A stretch of DNA of 64,000 bases. Source: an uncultured Gammaproteobacteria bacterium (GTDB taxonomy: Bacteria > Patescibacteriota > Microgenomatia > Daviesbacterales > UBA10151). Position 1 is the first letter of the stretch, and each line of letters begins with the position of its first letter. Location of the stretch: NCBI GenBank assembly GCA_964405655.1, contig CAYOOO010000005.1:6335-70334 (forward strand), written 5' to 3'. Below are positions 59,817 to 64,000 of this stretch, one piece after another. A program made the position numbers and the translations under genes. Under the pieces are notes generated by a model that ran no database searches, was not told the DNA's origin, and saw only the letters and a program-made list of their open reading frames with translations.

Positions 59817-61166
59817 ATGACCAATTCCGTCGAGAAAATACATTTTCTAGGCATAGGAGGTAGTGGAACTTCAGCTGCAGCTGGGATTGCCCAAGCTCAA
59901 GGATATACTGTAACAGGTTGCGATAAAGATGAAGTTGCTTTATCAAATGAGTTTGCTTCAATCTTTGATAAATCAATACTTTCTCTAGGGCATTCTCCCG
60001 ATCATCTGCACAATGTTGACCTTCTGGTAATCACTCCGGCGATTTTATCTTTAGACCCCAATAATGAAGAGCTAAAAGCTGCTAAAGAAAAAAAGATTAA
60101 GATTATGACCTGGCAACAGTTTATGGGTAGATTCTTAATGAAAAATAAATATGTCATTGCAGTTTGTGGCAGCCATGGAAAATCGACAACTACTGCCATG
60201 ATCGGACTTATGCTTGAAGATAGCGGGCTAGACCCAACTGTTGAACTTGGAGCAATAATCCCAGAATGGGGAACTAATTTTAGGGTAGGCAAGGGTAAAT
60301 ATTTTGTAACAGAAGCTGATGAATTTAATGATAACTTTCTATCAATAACTCCCAACATTGCAGTTGTCATAAATATTGATTTTGATCACCCAGAGTACTT
60401 TAAAAATCCTACTGCTTATAAAAGATCTTTCCAAAACTTTTTACATAAAACTAAAGACTTAATAATTGCTAATTTAGAAGATCCTGTAGTAGCAGAAGTT
60501 CTAGCTTTCCACCTCGGAGGTGGACAGTCAAATTATGGATTATTCTTTAAACCTGTAGTAGATTACTCAAAGGTCTTAATTGACTTTCCTCTAAAGGTCA
60601 TTGGTCATCACAACAGATCTAACGCCACAGCTGCTTTTATGGTTGGAAAAACTTTAGGTTTGAATCAAAAAAGGATTGAGCAAAACTTAGCAAATTACAC
60701 AGGAATTGGCAGAAGAATGGAATTTTTAGGCAAGTTTAAAGGAGCTGATGTTTATTTGGATTTTGGTCACCATCCAACAGAAATTAAAACTACTATCGAG
60801 GCTGTCAAAGAAAAATTTCCTGATAAGGATATCATTTTAGTTTACCAACCCCATATGTTTTCTCGAACAAAGGCTTTATTTAAAGATTTTATCAAAGTCT
60901 TTAGTCAACTGGAAATCTTTAGAATTTATATTATGGATATTTATCCATCTAGAGAAATCGATACTGGACTGGTGGATAGTGAAGAGTTAGTAGATGCTAT
61001 AGATCAAAAAAGACCTCCTCTGAAACACACAAATACTAGTTATGCTCCTTACAGAGAAGAACTCATTCAAAACTTGAAGCATGATATAAAAGAGGAGGAC
61101 ATTATGATCTTTATGGGTGCAGGAGATATTGATAAATTAGCCAAGGAGATTGTCAAAAATGGATGA
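59817..61166 (+). CDS. murC: UDP-N-acetylmuramate--L-alanine ligase.
   Basis: IHFLGIGGSGTSAAA N-terminus; VCGSHGKSTTTAMI P-loop; Mur ligase C-terminus. Confidence 0.8.
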   Translation: MTNSVEKIHFLGIGGSGTSAAAGIAQAQGYTVTGCDKDEVALSNEFASIFDKSILSLGHSPDHLHNVDLLVITPAILSLDPNNEELKAAKEKKIKIMTWQQFMGRFLMKNKYVIAVCGSHGKSTTTAMIGLMLEDSGLDPTVELGAIIPEWGTNFRVGKGKYFVTEADEFNDNFLSITPNIAVVINIDFDHPEYFKNPTAYKRSFQNFLHKTKDLIIANLEDPVVAEVLAFHLGGGQSNYGLFFKPVVDYSKVLIDFPLKVIGHHNRSNATAAFMVGKTLGLNQKRIEQNLANYTGIGRRMEFLGKFKGADVYLDFGHHPTEIKTTIEAVKEKFPDKDIILVYQPHMFSRTKALFKDFIKVFSQLEIFRIYIMDIYPSREIDTGLVDSEELVDAIDQKRPPLKHTNTSYAPYREELIQNLKHDIKEEDIMIFMGAGDIDKLAKEIVKNG

Positions 61167-62496
61167 ATTCAAAAATCAGCAAGCTGTCTCTTTCAGAGAT
61201 AAAAAAGTATTAATACTAGGTCTTGGTTTAAACCAAGGTGGGGTAGGGGCTGCTAAGTTTTTTGCCAAACATGGTGCTCAGGTTTTAGTGACTGATCTTA
61301 AATCTGAAAAGGAGCTGGAGCCTTCCTTAAAGCAGCTTAAAGGGTTTGAAAATATTGAGTATCACTTGGGTGGGCATAACTATGATGATATTGACTGGGC
61401 TGACTTAATTATCAGAAACCCAGCCCTAAGACCCGATAATCCATACCGTCTGGCAGCCCAAGCCTCACTCAAGAGGGTTGAGCTTGATATGGGAGTATTT
61501 CTGGATCATGTTGACAAAAAACAAGTTATTGCAGTAACAGGCACCAAAGGTAAATCAACAACCTCCTCACTTATCTTTGAGGCTTTGAAAGCAAATGGTA
61601 AAAAAGTTATTCATGCTGGCAATATTGGCAAAAGCGTCCTGGATTTTATTGATGAAATAGACAGAGATACTTTTGTAGTTTTAGAAGTTTCTTCGTTCCA
61701 GCTTGAGGCTTTTGATAAGCATAGCTTTGCCCCCAAGTGGGCAGTGATTACCAATATCTTCCCAGATCATCTTAATTACTACAAATCTCTCGAAGAATAT
61801 GTCGCTTCAAAAAAATTGATTGCCAAATATCAAACTAAAGAAGATAAGCTCTTTTTGCTAAAAGATGATCCTGTCACCAATCATCCCAGTTTCTTGGATA
61901 GAATAACTTCACAAATTATTCTTTTTTCTAAGACCAATTTACCAAAAGATTTTCATCCTTTATTAATTGGTGAACACAACTTAAATAATATTGCTGCTGC
62001 TTTTTCTATAGCCCAAGATTTAGGCTTAGATCTAGATAAATCTTTACACGCTTTTAAAAACTTTAAAGGTGTTGAGTTTAGAATCCAGCTTATTAAAACC
62101 TGGCAAGGAGTGAAAATTTATAATGATACAACTGCTACTATGCCTGAGGCTGCGATCGAGTCTTTGAAAAGTCTGCCAAACTGCATTTTAATTTGTGGGG
62201 GAATGAACAAAGGTTTGGATTATAAAAATTTCGCTAAAGCTATCGAAAAATATGCCAAACTTGTCTATTTTATTGAGGGAGATGCGACTGATGAAATTAT
62301 CAAGCATGTTAAAAATAAATCCAAAATATTAGGTATCGGTAACAATTTAAAACAGGTGGTTCATTTTGTTACAAAACACGCTACGACTGGGGATGTCATT
62401 TTATTTTCTCCTGGAGCAACGTCTTTCAATTTCTGGCAAAATGAATTTGATAGGGGCAGAAAATTTAATCTGGCTGTGGAAGAGGTATTTAAATAA
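61150..62496 (+). CDS. murD: UDP-N-acetylmuramoylalanine--D-glutamate ligase.
   Basis: KKVLILGLGLNQGGVGAAKFF N-terminus; GTKGKSTT; GEHNLNN. Confidence 0.85.
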   Translation: MSKMDEFKNQQAVSFRDKKVLILGLGLNQGGVGAAKFFAKHGAQVLVTDLKSEKELEPSLKQLKGFENIEYHLGGHNYDDIDWADLIIRNPALRPDNPYRLAAQASLKRVELDMGVFLDHVDKKQVIAVTGTKGKSTTSSLIFEALKANGKKVIHAGNIGKSVLDFIDEIDRDTFVVLEVSSFQLEAFDKHSFAPKWAVITNIFPDHLNYYKSLEEYVASKKLIAKYQTKEDKLFLLKDDPVTNHPSFLDRITSQIILFSKTNLPKDFHPLLIGEHNLNNIAAAFSIAQDLGLDLDKSLHAFKNFKGVEFRIQLIKTWQGVKIYNDTTATMPEAAIESLKSLPNCILICGGMNKGLDYKNFAKAIEKYAKLVYFIEGDATDEIIKHVKNKSKILGIGNNLKQVVHFVTKHATTGDVILFSPGATSFNFWQNEFDRGRKFNLAVEEVFK

Positions 62497-62498
62497 CG

Positions 62499-62927
62499 AT
62501 GGATGATTTTTATATGAGACTGGCTATTAATCAGGCTCTAAAATCTCGTGAACCGTTAAAGTGCGGAACTGTTATTGTAAAAAATAAAAAAGTAATTGCT
62601 AAAGCCTACAACTCCCAGCGAACCAGCCATGATCCTTCTGCCCATGCTGAGATTAAAGCCTTAAGGAGGGCTGGTAGAAGAATGGGTAGTAAATATATGC
62701 GAGGTTGTGTAGTTTATTCTACTCATGAACCTTGTTTAATGTGTCTATCAGCTCTGGTTTTTTCCGAAATTAAAAAATTGGTTTTTGGAATACCAACCCT
62801 AGAACACTCTCCAAAGGGCAAAACTATCAAGCTGTATATAGATGATTTTTTATCCTATATTCCTGCCACAAATAAATTTGAAGTTGTTAAAAACTTCTTG
62901 AAAGAAGAGGTCAGGAGAAAACTTTAG
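62499..62927 (+). CDS. CDA-fold nucleoside/tRNA adenosine deaminase (TadA-like).
   Basis: HAE and PCxMC zinc motifs. Confidence 0.65.
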   Translation: MDDFYMRLAINQALKSREPLKCGTVIVKNKKVIAKAYNSQRTSHDPSAHAEIKALRRAGRRMGSKYMRGCVVYSTHEPCLMCLSALVFSEIKKLVFGIPTLEHSPKGKTIKLYIDDFLSYIPATNKFEVVKNFLKEEVRRKL

Positions 62928-63677
62928 GTGTATTCTAAAATAAACTCTTTAAACATCTATTACCAAAAGCTGGGCAAAGGTCAAGACTTGATCTTGTTAC
63001 ATGGTTGGAAACAGGATGTCTCAACCTGGTGGCCAATATTAGATCATCTTAAAGAATTTTATACTCTTTGGTTAATAGACTTGCCAGGTTTTGGCAGAAG
63101 CGATCTGCCTAAAAAACCATTTAATATCTTAGACTATGCAGACGTTGTGGGAGAATTTATTAAGAAAAATAAAATTAATAGGCCAGTTTTACTAGGGCAT
63201 TCCTTGGGTGGTAGGGTAGCCATTAAATTAGCTTGCCACCTCCGAGGTGTCAAGCTAGATAAGCTAATTTTAGAATCATCAGCTGGAATAAAACCTAAGA
63301 GAGATTATTTAAAACCTTTAATCTTTTCCTTAGCTAAATTTTCTCATCTTATTCCTAATTTATTTAACTTAAAAGAAAAGTTAACAGTCGCCTTTTATAA
63401 ATCTCTTAAGTCAGATTATCTTAATGCTGGACCATTAAAGCAGACTTTAAAAAACATTTTAGAGGAAGACCTAACAGATGATTTAGGCAAAATAGAAACA
63501 GAAACCTTACTTATTTGGGGAGAAAAAGATCCCACTAAAGAAACCTCGCCAAAATTTGCTAAAAAGATGTACCAACTAATTAAAAATTCCAGATTAGAAG
63601 TATTAGAAGATGTTGGACATTTCCCACACCTGGAAGCTCCAGAAAAGTTTATCTATTATGTTAAAGATTTTATCTGA
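62928..63677 (+). CDS. Alpha/beta-fold hydrolase.
   Basis: GHSLGG nucleophile elbow; C-terminal GHFPHLE. Confidence 0.7.
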   Translation: MYSKINSLNIYYQKLGKGQDLILLHGWKQDVSTWWPILDHLKEFYTLWLIDLPGFGRSDLPKKPFNILDYADVVGEFIKKNKINRPVLLGHSLGGRVAIKLACHLRGVKLDKLILESSAGIKPKRDYLKPLIFSLAKFSHLIPNLFNLKEKLTVAFYKSLKSDYLNAGPLKQTLKNILEEDLTDDLGKIETETLLIWGEKDPTKETSPKFAKKMYQLIKNSRLEVLEDVGHFPHLEAPEKFIYYVKDFI

Positions 63678-64000
63678 AATTTTCCCACTTTTTGATCACT
63701 TATATATCTACCAAAATTTGGAGTATTCCACCAAAGATTTTTTTGAGTGGTTTATGCACCATGCTTTTGCCAGGAACCTGCAAAGAAAACATAAATTGGA
63801 TCTGACTAGTAAAGCTTTACTTTTATCCACCCTAGCTGTTGTTTTAATAATTAAAGTATCTATACTTTCTGCTTGGCTGCTTTTCTTACCTCAATATTTA
63901 AAACCAGGCTGTGGCAACATTTTTATTTTAGCTACTCAAAGTAAGTTATTTTTACTGGCTGTACTGGCCTTTTTCGTCTTTTATTCTTTTTTCTCTCCTT

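Overview
This is an AT-rich window with the hallmarks of a reduced, Patescibacteria/CPR-like bacterium under the standard genetic code. ThrRS lacks its N-terminal domain, PheT is short, AtpH is short, TyrRS is archaeal-type, and there is a large type IV pilus cluster. Annotated content in order: a partial tRNA; thrS-infC-rpmI-rplT-pheS-pheT; a class A PBP; an ECF-S-like protein with a DUF4430 partner; a type-I tRNA-Tyr; a tandemly duplicated novel three-gene cassette (a Cys/His-repeat membrane protein, an ~80-aa PilX_N-like small protein, and a giant Cys-rich secreted protein with a low-complexity tail), each copy preceded by a near-consensus CRP/FNR-type palindrome; atpC separated from atpBEFHAGD by a 5-kb island on the opposite strand; an atpI-like gene; an archaeal-type tyrS; recG; rpmF; nusB; an ACP-like gene lacking the phosphopantetheine-attachment Ser, followed by rnc; rpsP-KH-trmD; a PaaX-like regulator; a ~19-gene type IV pilus cluster (pilMNO, many pilins, pilD, pilC, pilT, pilB); an IS200/IS605-like element with REP-like hairpins; holB, gyrB, a GlmU-N-like nucleotidyltransferase, murC, murD, a deaminase and an alpha/beta hydrolase. 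All calls rest on reading motifs in the supplied translations and the DNA. No searches were run.
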